A DNA stretch of 64,000 bases from assembly GCA_951406725.2 (NCBI GenBank), contig OX597830.1, positions 46,314,001 to 46,378,000 on the forward strand. The letters run 5' to 3'. Made by a program: the position numbers and the translations under genes. Position 1 is the stretch's first letter; each line of letters opens with the position of its first letter. Under the pieces are notes generated by a model, which did not search any database, was not told the DNA's origin, and saw only the letters and a list, made by a program, of their open reading frames with translations. Positions 24,844 to 38,538 of the stretch are shown here, piece after piece. The stretch is from Octopus vulgaris. Taxonomy: Eukaryota.

Positions 24844-26430
24844 TAGTACAGAGAGAGAGGACGGAGAGGTAGCGAAAAAAACTTTAGTGAAACTATTTCT
24901 AGCTGTGGTCCTCCTCTTGACTGGCAAAGTCAGCTGTCTCTGAACAGAGAACGAAGGAGAAGAGAGAGGTTTTTAACTGGCAGCAACTGTTTTTGTTGGT
25001 CTAAAACGACATTCCTTTGTACAGTGGACAGAGGTGAGTGGCAGAAAGGGAAGGAGTAAAGTGGTGTAACGAGGAGAGAGAGAAAGAGAGAGAGAGCGCG
25101 GTTGGGTGGTGGTGGTGGGGAATCATAAAGTGAGGGGAGGAGAAGAGAAAAGAAAACATGCAGTGAGAGGGAGGGGAGACAGAGGGAGGAGTAGAGAGTA
25201 GGAGTGAGAGGGAGGAAAGTGGGGATGGGGTGGGGAGAAAAAAGGCAGCTTGAGAGGAGGATCAAATCAAAGGAGGAGAGGGATCGTGTCCACCACCACC
25301 ACCACCATCCCCACCAAAAATAGACAACAACAAATAACAGAGAGAGAGAGAGAGATAATGTGTGAAACTTATTTTCGTAGCTTTGCAATGGTACCAGTTT
25401 TGAATGTGACTAAGAATGTTTTTTTATTTTTTCTTCTTCTTCAGTGAATTCCTTATCCTAAACCAACAAACCGACCAGCCAGCCAGCCATCTAACCAGTA
25501 TGCAAGCTAACCAACCACCACCACCACCACCACTACTACAATTAGCAACAACAACAATAATAATAACAACAACAACTCAAGCTTAGAACACACAAGTCAT
25601 CTGTTCAGTTTCTTACTTTTGTGACAAAAGTGGGAGAGGAGGAGGAAGAGGAGGATGCGTGATGCTATCTGCAAGGGAATTACATTTCTTCTTATGTATG
25701 TGTGTGTACACACATGCATACATACTTATATTCAAGCACATATGTGTGTGTGTGTATAAAGAACAGATACACAGTACCAACAAACTATTACATTCACACA
25801 CATTCAAGCCCAGTCAGAAGCACATACACACACACACACACATTCACACATATTCTCAAATATGTCTGTCTCCCTCCCACACACACACACACATGTATTT
25901 ACATGCATCTACTTCGGGGGTGGTGAGGGTGGCTTACCTGTGCTTTAAATACTCTGTGCCTGTGTAGTTTGTGCATCATGTGGTAAGTAAAACAGTGTTT
26001 GCATTAGTTTGCAGCAAATGAATTCAGAAACATCCTGCTGACACCTACATGCAGCCACAAATAACACTAAGCCAACACTATTCAAGATGTGCAAAAACAA
26101 AAAAAAAACAAGAAAAAAAAGAAAAAGAATAGTCCCCTCTGTCCCCTGAGTATTGTGTCCCTTTAATATATTGTGGTGGGTGGGAAATGAATCAATCAGA
26201 AATTTGCTTGTTTTCAATCAGTCCTTAATGTCATATTCATCACTTTGCTTAATTCCTTTTCACAGCTACTGCCGTCACCAAGGGAATATTTGGTGCCCTA
26301 GCATGGCCACAAACTCAGACTGAAATTTGCTAATAGAATAGTAAAGTAGCCATTTGGCCATCTAGAAATAGCAGACAAATTGTTCCTAATCACTACACCT
26401 TAAGTAAAAGAAATGATACGTTAGATGTTA

Positions 26431-26678
26431 TGGAGTAAAGATCGTTTGCCAACAAAACATGGCAGTCCGGGTTTAAGACAAACATTGCTGTAATTTAGCC
26501 CCAGGAGACATCGTCTTCAGCTGGCTGTTCAACACGATCTGTGTCCTTATATTTTCAAACAAGGACACAGATCGTGTCGTATAGCCAGCTGGAGACGATG
26601 TCTCCTAGGGCTAAATTACAGCAACATTCATCCTAAACCAGGACTGCCATGTTATGTTGGCAAATAATCTTTACTCCA
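26431..26678. mobile_element. Fold-back (palindromic) MITE
   Basis: About 118-bp arms (26431-26548 and 26561-26678) with a 12-nt loop. A partial copy is at 46678-46742. Confidence 0.8.
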
Positions 26679-26812
26679 AAGTACTGTTGCTAAATATCTC
26701 TCATTGTGAGATTTACAAATAGTAATTTTCTATCAAATATTATTTTCCACAGTTATCATCTCCAGCTGCTTTCATTGCAAAAACTGATTCTACCAATACA
26801 TATATCATAAAC

Positions 26813-26989
26813 CAGCAGTTCTCCCCTGTGGCCCTTAAGCATCCTCCCAGTGGCTCCGAAATGCTCTTCCCTCCATATTTCTAATAAATTTTTCTTTAAG
26901 TGATTTGCGTTTTACTTTTTTTGATGCACCCCCACACAAAATATAAGTTTTGGGTGTGGCCTGGATATCAAAAAGGCTGAAAACCATTG
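26813..26989. mobile_element. hAT MITE
   Basis: Termini CAGCAGTTCTC ... GAAAACCATTG with perfect 8-bp TSD TCATAAAC. A related inverted copy is at 29177-29358. Confidence 0.75.
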
Positions 26990-27413
26990 TCATAAACTCT
27001 TAGATGGACGAAAGGTGAACAACAATCTGGGGAAATTTTTAGCAAGTTTGGCTGTGACTGTTGAAACCTTTCAGTCACCAAAAAACTGAAGCCACTGTTT
27101 TGGCGGTTTGTTTTACCTATGGAATGAAACTCTCATTGAATAAGCAATGACAGGAATTGGGTGACATTCCAGGAACATGGCCAAGCTCTTGGGCAAAATG
27201 ACTCTTCAAGCTCAGTAATGGATTTTCAGTCCCTGTTTGAGAAATGTAATCACAAAATCACAGCCAGTGAATGTAAGCTGAGTGGGTAACAAGTTCACTT
27301 CACAACCATGTAGTTTTAGGTTCAATCCCACCTTATGACACTTTGGTCAAATATCTTCTACCATTACCTTAAGTAGACTAATTCCCTCTGAGTGAAATCA
27401 GGGACAGAAGCCC

Positions 27414-27625
27414 ATCATCATCATCATCATTTAAAGTCCATTTTTCCATGCTGGCATGGATTGGACAGTTTAACAAAAACAGACAAGCCAAAGGGCTCGG
27501 CCAGGTCCCAGTGTCTGCTCTGACATGGTTTCTACAGCTGGATGCCTTTCCTAACGCCAACCACTTAAGGTATACTGGATGCCTTTTACATGGCACCAGC
27601 ACTGGTGAGGTCACCAAGTTCCCAC
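27414..27625 (-). mobile_element. RTE LINE 3' tail fragment
   Basis: (CAT)n, CCATGCTGGCATGG and CTACAGCTGGATGCCTTTCCTAACGCCAACCAC. Confidence 0.65.
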
Positions 27626-27949
27626 AAGGTAAGGCCTCTCACCTGAATAGAAGACTAAGAAACTATAATAGAGGGAGAGGAGCCGAAGAGGTGAATCCAT
27701 GGCTTGCTCACCTGGAAGGTAAGAGAAAGAAAGAAATGTGAGGTCCAGGTACAAAGGTGTATTTGGAAGTGCACTGAGTGTAAACAGTGTGACAGATGAT
27801 TAGAGGTAGGGAATGTATGTGTATGAGGGGGGGGAGTACCCAAAAGGAACCGGAAACATTCTCTGTGGGACAAAGCCATTGTAGTTCAGGCTTCTACTGC
27901 TAGAAGCTACTTGATGCAATCCTCAGGCATCAGTCTCCCAACCAACAGC

Positions 27950-28452
27950 ATCAGCTGAAGTCATACTGCCATGTGGTACCTCTTTGTTTTGTAGTGCTTC
28001 TCCTCTGTTTGTCAATTTTTGCGATGGCTGAAACAAAGGAACAGCGTGCTTCCATGAAATTCTGTTTTCTGCTAGGGAAAATAGTAGTGAAAACAGTTCT
28101 TATGCTTCAAGCAGCTTACAAGGATGCTGCTATAAGCAAAACACAAGCTTACAAGTGGTTTCCATGCTTTAAGAACGGTCACTTGTCTCTTGAAGACCAG
28201 CCTTGTTCCAGACTGCCACTGACCTCCTGAATGAATGGAAACATCCATGAAAATCCATGAACTGATCTTAGAGGACCGTCACTGAACTATTGATGAACTT
28301 GGTGTTAAAAGGCATCACTTTGCAAGAGTTCTGGATCGATGCATTGCTTCAAATGGAGAATACTTTGGAGGTGATAAAAGTGTAAACATGTAAAACTAAA
28401 TGAATAAGATAATATGGCAAAATTTTGGTTTGGCGGGGGGTACTCCTTCATA
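27950..28452 (+). mobile_element. Internally deleted mariner (Tc1/mariner) relic
   Basis: ATG at 28024: MAETKEQRASMKFCFLLGK...LQAAYKDAAISKTQAYKWF..FKNG..SLEDQP (mariner N-terminal HTH). It is joined after a deletion to the C-terminal DRCIASNGEYFGGDK, with stops and frameshifts. Confidence 0.85.
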
Positions 28453-29176
28453 TATCAGTGAAAGGTGTAGCCTTCAGTAATCATACTGTAACCTATGATA
28501 ATTGTGAAATTACAATTCGTAGTGCATAGAATATGTATTTATATTCCAAAATTATGAGAAAATCAAAAGAATCAGTCTTTGGCATAGATAAAATAATGAT
28601 GACATTTTATTCTAAAACCTCCCTACCTTAAACACCAACTGTCCTTTGCTCAAGCCCATCAGAAAGCCTCAATGGTTACCCTACCTACTAGAAATAGCAG
28701 CAAAATCTTCTAAAATATATCTGAAAAGATGTTTTCTGGTTAGAATGTCTTGGATTAGGCTTGGCCTGAGGCTAAACAACAACATCACCTCTTCACTATC
28801 CTTTAAGACAACATGTCTGGGTTATCTTCTTAACTCTCTAATCAATGCAGAAATGCACGTGGCCAGTGCTTACATAATGCTTCTAGTGTTGAGCAGAAGT
28901 GAGATTAATCCCCCACCTCCGGCTGATATTCCAGTGTTTAACAGATATTCCAGTGTTTAACAGATAACTCTCACCAACAGCCACAAACTCACCTGACAGG
29001 TAGGTAGGACATAAGACAGAGCATGCAACTTTAATGAGTAACTTTCCACAGAAAAGACTCGTCACATATTTTCCATACAGATTATGAGTAAAATATGTCA
29101 GTTGTGGTAAGATGGAGGATTGTAAAGAGACAAACCTTCCGTCCATAAGTGAGAAAGTCTTATCATTAACTTATAT

Positions 29177-29358
29177 CAGATGGTTCTCAGTCTTTTTAAT
29201 ATCTAGGCCAGATCCAAAACCTCAATTTTTTAGGGGGTTGCACCAAAAAAATTAAACACATGCCAATTAAAGAAAAATTCATTATATTATTAGAGGGAGA
29301 CTGTCAAGGGTCACAGAAAGGTGCATGAGGCTTTTGGTTCTGTAGTTGAGAGCCGCTG
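29177..29358. mobile_element. hAT MITE (same family as 26813, inverted)
   Basis: Termini CAGATGGTTCTCA ... GTTGAGAGCCGCTG with a shared body. The TSD is degenerate. Confidence 0.55.
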
Positions 29359-29721
29359 GTTTTCATTCTTCCTATGAGTAAACTGAGGACCAAATGCAAT
29401 TAAACAGTTTCAGCTGGAATAATTCAATTTCTGGATTGGTAGACGAGACACTACTACTACTAGTACTACTACTGTAGCTTTCACTCTGTCGTTCCTTTTA
29501 TGCACATAGACTGAATGGCACTGAGATCAAATTAAAAGAAACACATGTATCCTCATTCTCTTCTGTTAGTCTGGCACCAGTTCAGACCAAACTTGATTCT
29601 AATTACACAACATTGTTTTAGACATTGTTGAAAACACTTGGAGTGGAGCCATGCACTTTGAAACTGAGCACCTACTTCGGAAATCAGTCTTCAATCAACT
29701 GGAGTAGGTAACCAAACATGT

Positions 29722-30230
29722 ATCCATCCATCTTCCCTGCTCACCATTCTTGGGAGGGTTGTGGAGTCAAAGTCCTCAGGCCCCTCTTCCATAGGGTCCC
29801 ATCAGAAGGAACCATCAATAGACTTTCCATCTGGATTCCCAAGGGTGACCAAGTGAGACAGTTGACGTTATCCAACCATCATGTCAATGGTCCACTTCGA
29901 GGTCTTCTGTCAATTGGTTCAGCTTGAAGAATCCATGTTGCAATTCTTTCCGGCTACATTCGAATCACATGTCCATAGTATCAGAGCCGAGACCTCTCAA
30001 CGCAGAAAACTACCAACTTGATCTGAAGAGACTCCTTAATCACCAAGCTATGTTGCCATGTAACATTACCCCACAGATTCTTCACAAGAACTTCATTTTG
30101 GCTGCTTTTATTCACAATTGTACTCTTTCAGTCATCACTCATCATTCATGACCATCATTCATGACCATCATTCATGACCATAAGTGAGAATAGTGCAAGA
30201 AACATGTACATCTTTCTTTATTTAACAAAG
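29722..30230 (-). mobile_element. Decayed RTE-clade (Rex3/Expander-like) LINE ORF2 3' part
   Basis: Minus strand reads ILTYGHE..MTERVQL*IKAAKMKFL*RICGV...IKESLQIKLVVFCVERSRL*YYGHVIRM*PERIA...RRPRSGP..*WLD. Confidence 0.75.
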
Positions 30231-31049
30231 TCCTATATCAAAGGTAACTTTTTTTACCTAAGAAAGACATTTTTTTTTTTGTGATTTAGTCAAAGGAAAG
30301 GCAATGTTCATGGTTTTTGCAGGCTTATCCTAAGAGTGGTAAGGTCACTATCCTTGATGCTCAGCTTGAACATCAATAAGCTGGGTAGGAATAGTTGAAC
30401 AAATTAATTAGTGATGAGGCTTACATGGTTGACAAAAGACAGAACAGTGGTTAGGGGAATGGGTGAGTGTGGTACGTAAATAGCTCGTTCAGAAGAGCAG
30501 GGTCATTGTATTAAGGATAAATGAGGCCAAAACAGGAGATTTCTGGGTCAGTGCTGTGTAGGTGAGTCACTATCAATCAATCTGATGACCTCGTTTTGTC
30601 TTTTGTATGCAATCAATGTTGTTGGTGTTCGGCAACAACAACATCCCAGTTGTGGTAGCAGGACACCATTTGGGGTCTGAAGGTCAGTAACTGATCAAAG
30701 GTTAAGTATTTGTGGGGAGAAGGGTCTTGAAAAAGGTTAGTGTTTGGCATACAGTTTTAACAAGAGTATGTTTAAAGTGGGTACCAGATAGGTCGACTGA
30801 AAAAGAAAATGAGTGTCTACAGGGTCACTCCACCTGTTATAAGCAGTAAATAAAATATCCTTCAAGTTATACCTTAATATCTTGAAAAGGGAGTGGACAA
30901 TAGATAATGTAGTCCGAGCAGCAAGATGGTCAATGTCCAACAAAACGAGGGAATGACTGTGACTGGTCTGCCTTTTTGTGACAGGTTTCCTTAATCAGGA
31001 CTAATCTGGGGTTAAACAACAATAACACATGAAGAACAAACATCATAGC

Positions 31050-32500
31050 TAAGTCCACGATCCACGTTCGATTCTTGCAGTTGCCATTTCACTTCCTTTA
31101 CACTTTGTATTTAGGGTTTCTAACTTAGAGCAAAATTAGCTTCACTCGGTTGACTTGGTACAGATACACTATATCAACAGATAAGTCTACTAAGCAGATT
31201 CCGTCTTTCTTACAACTTTTCACTATGGTACAACGAGAAATCACAGATACCGAAACTAAGTGTAAAAGTAAAATGGCTAAATCAGAGATTCCACATGTAT
31301 CGCAGATATGGCTTAATAAGAGTTGTCTACCACACTGCAGCACCTACGTTTTTGAAACAACGTGAAGAGAAAGTCTGTGATGGCAAGTCTAAGGGTTACA
31401 GAAGATTTTCCTTTTCGAATGAAGCATATTGAGAAATAAGCTGTTTCGAATAGAGATCATGACGAACGGTGAGAGCGAGATGTGAAAGCCTGACCAAAAT
31501 GGGACAGTTGGTTGTTCGATAGTTGTCAACTAAGCTATTAACCATCGCCACTATTCCTACTACTATTACAAAACACTAATAACAAGAAACATTGTTATAT
31601 ATTAAATCTAGACTATGACTAACAACGAAAGTTACAAAAGAGTGAAGACTGCAAAATTTAACAGAAAAGCGATTCAAAATCTTAACGTGGAAATGCATAC
31701 GGAAAAGAGGATTTGATACACGCACGGTATTAAAATATTGATTTAACTAATAATAAATAATGACGACGACGATGACGTTGACAAAAGGCCATAAATCAGT
31801 TTAGGTGGGGAGGAAAGTCGATCGAATCGAACCCACTGCATGGATGATGACTCGTATTATTATATCGATCTGACGATTCTGTGAAAGGATTCACAGTCGG
31901 AACATTAGACATTTAGAGTGCTTCTTTGCCGATTCTGCTATCCACCACCTCCACTAATAATATGGAATGGCAAAAATACTTAATCGTTTTGGTACTACTT
32001 GAGAACAGTGGTCCCGGTGCGCGCAGTCACGCATCCGCGCTAAGCTAGTCGTGACTACTCGATCCTACAACGATTACCTTGCAAAGTAAATAAAACACAA
32101 AAACACAAAGTAAGGATCGACTAGTCATGACTAGCTAGCGCGGATGCGCGACTACGCGAGTGCGCGCACCGGGACCACTGTTCTCAAGTAGTACCCACTA
32201 ATAATATGTAATGGCAAAAATTGTTTTTAATTTATTTTCAAAACACGAAATATACAATTGGTAAGTGATGTAACTACACAACGGTGTTGCAGTGAGTTTA
32301 GTCCCTTTTAAATAGGAGTTCCCGCCTAGTTTGCTATAGGGAACTAATTCTCTCTGTTAGAACAACGATACGAGGGAAAAGATCGGTGGGTCACATGGTG
32401 CAAGTGAAGGCCTGAGTCATTTCGTTGTGTAGAAACGGTGGGGGTGAGAAGGATGCTGCACGGCAGAATCAGTATAACACCTGACAGGAGGATGGATATA
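31050..32500. promoter_or_regulatory. CpG-retaining island, candidate internal promoter
   Basis: Many CG dinucleotides in unique sequence, whereas the flanks are CpG-poor (judged by eye). Minus-strand donor AAC|GTAGGT at 31348/31347. Confidence 0.35.
31991..32195. mobile_element. CpG-rich palindromic MITE-like element
   Basis: Perfect 35-bp TIR GGTACTACTTGAGAACAGTGGTCCCGGTGCGCGCA, extending imperfectly to about 75 bp around an AT-rich spacer. Confidence 0.8.
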
Positions 32501-32514
32501 CACACATATGTGTG

Positions 32515-32561
<47 letters not shown>

Positions 32562-32599
32562 CATCAATCAATAATTGTGTGAATCATAATATAGTCAGC

Positions 32600-33190
32600 A
32601 GAGAGATAGAAGAGGGGAGCCCGAGTGAAGTAGTGGAGAGTTAGGAAGGACAGAAAGCAAGTGAAAGATGAGAGAGCGGGAAGAGAAGAGTGACAAATGG
32701 AGAAATTCGGAGAATCAGAGGAAGAACAAGTTAAAGATAAGTGAGTGGGGAGAAAGGTATATGGTGAGGAGAGAGATGGGGAGGGGGGGGAGAGAACAGA
32801 TTAGTTGAAAGAAAGGAAGGAAGGAAGGAAAGAAAGAAAGAAAGAGGATTCAAATGTAAAGGAGAAAGATGGGCAGACGAGTGGAAAGAAAGAAAAAATG
32901 AGTGAAAAGAGAGAGGAAGTGATGAGCAAAGAATGAGTAATAATTGAGTGAGGGGGAATGCATGAGAGGAATAAGTGATGGGGAGAGAGAAAGAAGGATA
33001 AATAAGACTGAATAGAGAGTGACGAATGAGTGAGAGAGAGAGAGAGAGAGAGTGAGTGACAAATGAATTGGGAGAGAGACAAATGAGGATTGTGACGAGA
33101 GAGAAAAGGGAAAAACTCAAGAAGAGAGAGAGAGAGAGATTGAGAAAAAGTCCCAAAATGATGGAAGGGAAAACAAGGGGGAAAAAAATG
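32600..33190. repeat. Purine (GA)-rich low-complexity tract
   Basis: About 600 bp of strongly strand-biased GA/GAAA/GGAA sequence. Confidence 0.8.
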
Positions 33191-33195
33191 CAATA

Positions 33196-33576
33196 GGCGC
33201 AGGAGTGGCTGTGTGGTAAGTAGCTTGCTAACCAACCACATGGTTCCGGGTTCAGTCTCACTGCGTGGCATCTTGGGCAAGTGTCTTCTGCTATAGCCCC
33301 GGGCTGACCAATGCCTTGTGAGTGGATTTGGTAGACGGAAACTGAAAGAAGCCTGTCGTATATATGTATATATATACATGTGTGTTTGTCCCCCTAGCAT
33401 TGCTTGACAACTGATGCTGGAGTGTTTACGTCCCCGTCACTTAGCGGTTCGGCAAAAAGAGACCGATAGAATAAGTACTGGGCTTACAAAGAATAAGTCC
33501 CGGGGTTGATTTGCTCGACTAAAGGCGGTGCTCCAGCATGGCCGCAGTCAAATGACTGAAACAAGTAAAAGAGTAA
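33196..33576 (+). mobile_element. SINE family A, full length, young
   Basis: Runs from the GGCGCAGGAGTGG head to the GAAACAAGTAAAAGAGTAA tail. Confidence 0.9.
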
Positions 33577-35589
33577 GAGACACAAAAAAAATATAGTATA
33601 AGAAAGGTAGAGAGAGGTTTTAGGAGAGAAGTGAAAGGTGGAAATAAGAAATGGGATGGCAATATGCTTTCCAACCCTTTATTTAAAATGTTCAAACTTT
33701 TCTCAACCACTAAAGAAAGTCAACAGCCATGTTACCCTTCATTTGTAATAATGGGGGTGAGTGTGAAACTACCAGACTTTCTCTCAATCGCATCAGAATG
33801 AGAACCAACTGAATTCTTCACTTTATATGTAAACTACAAAAGACAAACACTAACGCTTACCATTCTACCATCTGTCATTCCCTCAACTTCTGAAAAGTAT
33901 AGAAATAATTTTGTTGTTTTCCTCTTTGGTAAATTGATTTGATCTTTGATCTTGAAGACATAACATAATTAACATGTCACTAAATTTGGTCCATTGTCAC
34001 CATTATCTTATTAACCAAACATATAAATAAGACAAGTCAAAATAAATTCCGATGCTTCAAGCAAGGCTCTTCTTTTTTTCTAATAAATGTCTTTAAAATT
34101 TTTGGAACACAGTGTAATTTCCTTTACACACTGGTGACACACTGGTTTGTGTATGAGTATATATGAACGCAGAAAGATTTCAACACCAGAGTACAGTATC
34201 TGCACCAGCTTTAACTAACAAAAGTTAAAGGACATTTACCTGATGGCCTCAGTCACCAGGTTAATGTGTTCATCTTATATCACAAACGAAGATCATGAAA
34301 GGAGTCAAACACAGCAATACCAGTAAACAAACCACTTGGCAAGTCTACAGTGCTCCTGCCACCTTCAACAGCAAACTAATCTACAGTGTGCATTGAACAC
34401 AACATCAGCGACACAATACAAACTGTCACTGCCTTAAATGGGTTTCTTGTCTCCTATTGAGTTGGTTTCTGTGGCTCCAGTAGTTGGTCAATAGAATTGT
34501 GACAAGAGATCGCTGGACAGAATAAATGTTTTAGGCCAGTACCACCTGGCATTGGTTTTCATTTTTATGTCCACTTTTTCCCTGCTGGCATGCATTGGAA
34601 TCCCCTTCCTGATGTCAAATATTGGTTTTAAGTTTGAGGAAAGATTTAGCTGCTACATGACAAAGCAGAAGCTCTTTTGCGGGTTCAGCTTCATTAATAA
34701 AACGGAAGCTGTAACCGTTCCTCTGAAGAGGATACACAAAGGATTACATTAAACAATAAAATAAAAGATTATAACCATATTGGTGAGGAATTAAATGGTT
34801 GTAAAAAAAAAAAGAATTCAAAATGAAACGCCAATATTACAACTAATTGAGTTCCCTGAAATAATTCCAGTTAGGCTGTTGTTGTTCTTGTATGATTCAA
34901 GGTCAATCTTGGTCAAGCAGACTTATGGTTAAAGATTAACCATGATCAAACTATGGTTAATGAGATTTTTAGGGCTACATTATCCAATATATCCTTATTT
35001 TTGAGATGGTAGGGTATGATTTTGGAGAGAGATGGTAAAAGCCAAAGAAAACAAGACAAAACATGTCACAATGACTCGATGCTTATCTGCACTGACTGAT
35101 ATATTTACTGCTCCATGGTTGATAACTGACTAACCACAACACTGCTGCAAACCTAAAACTACTTAACAAGATAACATGTAACATGTAGGCTACAGCCATC
35201 ACCAACAAACCAATTGCAAAACAACAGATAACATGTTTGCTTGTTTCACTCATTGGACTACAGCCATTATCATGACATGGCTTTCAAGGGCTTAAATCTC
35301 AGGAGCTAGTTCTTACAAACTTCTGTTAGATACAAAAGGAAATACCAAACATGGGAAACAAAAGAACAAAACAGTTTGTTTTTGCTTTCTCTTTTTAATC
35401 TCTTTCACTACTGCAGCTACAAAACCTCCTTTTTTTCTTGCTGAATCATGTAATTTGAAATATTTTAATTATTTTTATACCTTCATATGACTAAAGTTAT
35501 TCTTCTTCAAGAGTTGGTTTTCCCATTTTTAGTCCTATTTTAATATTCTTGGCAAGATAGATGAGAAAATTTCTAACATTCAATGTCCA

Positions 35590-35885
35590 TATTATATTAT
35601 CATTTAACTTCTGCTTTCCATGCTGGCATGGATTGGACAGTTTGATGGGAGGAGCTGGTCAGTTGGAGAGCTGCCTGGACTCCAATTGTCTGTTCTGGCA
35701 TGGTTTCTACAGCTGGATGCCCTTCCTAATGCCAACCATTTTACAGAGTGTATAGTGTACTTTATGAGTGGTACCAGCTCCAATGCATTTTACATGGCAC
35801 CAGCACAGATGCTTTCTAAGTGGCACCAGATTGGGTGCTTTTTACGTAGCACTAAAATAGGTGCCTTTTATGTGGCACCAGCACC
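35590..35885 (-). mobile_element. RTE LINE 3' tail with degenerate tandem units
   Basis: CCATGCTGGCATGG...CTACAGCTGGATGCCCTTCCTAATGCCAACC and repeated TTTTA.GTGGCACCAG. Confidence 0.6.
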
Positions 35886-38538
35886 TACAGAAGAAAATGT
35901 CTCTAAAAATGATCACAACCAGCAAATGCAAATAATTTAACATAATCAACAAATTAGAATTATTCAATAACGAAAGAATTTTACAGCCATACTAATTGTC
36001 ATCTGCCCACACTCCTTACTGTAAAGTGAAAAGCAAGAATTATTTTGTCTTTATTCCACAATATTTAATGGAATGAATTCAGAGTCTAATGTAATGACAC
36101 ATTGTTTAACATAGTAATACGTGGATGGGTGGGGGTATTATATATATATCTATTGGTGGTTGTGATGGAGTTATAATAAATTAACTTTTGGGTCTTTTAC
36201 CTAATATGTTCCCTGATAAGTTTAGGTCTGCTATTTGTCCCCACTTTTTGATATTCCCTCATCCCTCTCTCCCTCTTCTATCTGCTGTATCAGTCTGCCA
36301 GTTTAATAAGGAATCTCATTGGACCTATCCAACCCTCTCAACTCTCTGGTACCCATTCTCCCCTCTTGATTGTGCCATGCCATCCATCTAACAAGTGATG
36401 GCACTGAGCCTAACCAACATCTTTATCACCCTATCTCTTTCACCCATCATGGTACCAATGTCTATAGAAATGATTGTAAAAGCTCTATTTCCACTCAATA
36501 CACTCTACCATCATCCTCTGTAAGCTGCCAGTCATCACTCCCTCTCCCCAGCCCACTCATCATCAATAACATTCATCACTTTCTCTCAGCATTGTCTCTC
36601 TCTCTCTCTCTCTCTCTCTGCCTCTCACCCACCTGTCCTTGTTCATCTTCTGCCTTTCATCACTGTCTGCTATTCACTCTCTCAATAGCAATTTCTTAAC
36701 CGAACAGAGACACCAGAGAGTAATGGAAACTCTTCAAACTCGAAGAACAAATGCTGACCTCATTAGTGCTGGTGTCACAATGAAATGCACCCAGTGCCCT
36801 CTGGGAAGTGGTTAATGTATTAGAAAAGACATCCAGGTGTACAAAACTGAAATGTACTTGCAAGACATGGTTTTTCCACTGAATAAGAACTGAGTTAGAC
36901 GGGTATCAACTCACCTAACCCCTACCAGCATGAAAAGCAGACATAAAATGACGATGATGATGCTAACAATGACATCAGCTTCAGCAGTAGCAACACAGAC
37001 ATCGATGGTGACACCAAAAGCAAGCAAAGGTGCTGAGAGCAGTTGGAGTAGCATTTACGCTTATCTGATTGCTGATTCAGTTGGTGACACAAACTGTAGA
37101 ATGTCATACAAGATACTCATCACCATCATCATCTTCATCATTTAACATCCATTTTCCATGTTTTCTTTTGTTTTCCCATTGCATATTTCTGCATTCACAG
37201 TGAGAGATGCGATTGTTTATTTTTAGAATGACATTCTGGGGTAAGTGTGAGGGGCCAAATCTGACTACTTTGAACATAAAACAAAAATAATATTTTGGCC
37301 GGATATGACCAGTTTAAATTCTAAAGGCTTAAATAATTAAAGTCCCCCTCCAAAAGTATGGACTCTGAAATTACTTTCATTTTAATGTATCTTGGGTGAT
37401 TTCTCTTAACAACATTTTATTTCCCTTTTTATTTTTAAATGCTTCAAATACACCAAGAAATCCTATTCATTACTAAGCTGGCATATTTCTATCTACTCTC
37501 CACATGCTCCTCAGAATATTCCTCTCCATTCGACTCTGTTCTAGAAAACAGCTGACCTATAAACGGTGCAATAAAATGAGAACCAATCTCTTTAGAATCA
37601 TTTCCAAACAGTTTCATTCATATTACCTTGTTCCTTTCAAAGTTAGAAATAAAGAAAAAAAAATTATTATCATTATTATCGAACAAAGTTTTGTGGTATT
37701 TGTTTTTTTTTGTTTTTTTTACTTCTCTCCTCTTTTTTAATTAACTCAAGCAAATATTATATAGCTTTCCATTTGCTTCAGTAAATCTAGTGAAAAAAAA
37801 TAGAAATTTCTCTTACTTCAGGGTTGAGTGATTTAGTGTTTTTAGAAGCATCCAATTGTAAAGCAACAATAACAACCAAAACTACTTGTTTCAAATAATT
37901 CATATGCAAATTATCAAAAAGAAACCCCACACCCCACCCACCACATAATGGAGATTAAAAAAAAAACAAACAAGACACAAACCGAGTGATAATATCTATA
38001 AATAGTAATAATGTCTATTTCATTCATGTAAACAAGTTTGGTCGTTTTTGGTTAAAAACTTGATGCACCAATAGAGACAAGACTGTACATGGTTGCTTGA
38101 CCTGCTATAATTAACCACCAGATGCCAGATTTCTGGACAATGCCCTAGATATATCTAAAAAGAAATGATGGCATAGTCATGGTTGGAATACCTTGGCTGA
38201 CCAGAGGTCAGCTAATCAGAGATGACATGGGTCTCACCACCACCAACAAGTGAACCATTACAATTTCAAGTCTCATAAAAACTATATCGATAATGAAAAA
38301 TGCAAAAAAGGTTTCCAAAACCACAAAGTTTAGTCTGTAGTTGATTTCCTCACCTTCTTCCCATCAGTCTCAGACAGCCGCAAAATGACCATAGGGACTG
38401 CCCTTCTTCAATTAACGAAGCCATTAAGTGTGAAAAAAAATATCATTTATGGTCTGGTGCTTAGGTTTTATATGAAGAGGATGTGAGACGAACCGTCCTA
38501 CTATAATGGACAAGTCACCAATCATCTCAGTGACTTAA

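Noticed and set aside
28926-30181. Short tandem duplications (19 bp x2 at about 28926 and 13 bp x3 at about 30141)
   Set aside because: They are ordinary slippage duplications, one of them inside a dead LINE.
30240-30970. Unique-looking, more GC-balanced stretch that might be a decayed Penelope/LINE RT
   Set aside because: There are stops in all frames and only a weak SPVLA-like hint, so it cannot be assigned without a profile search.
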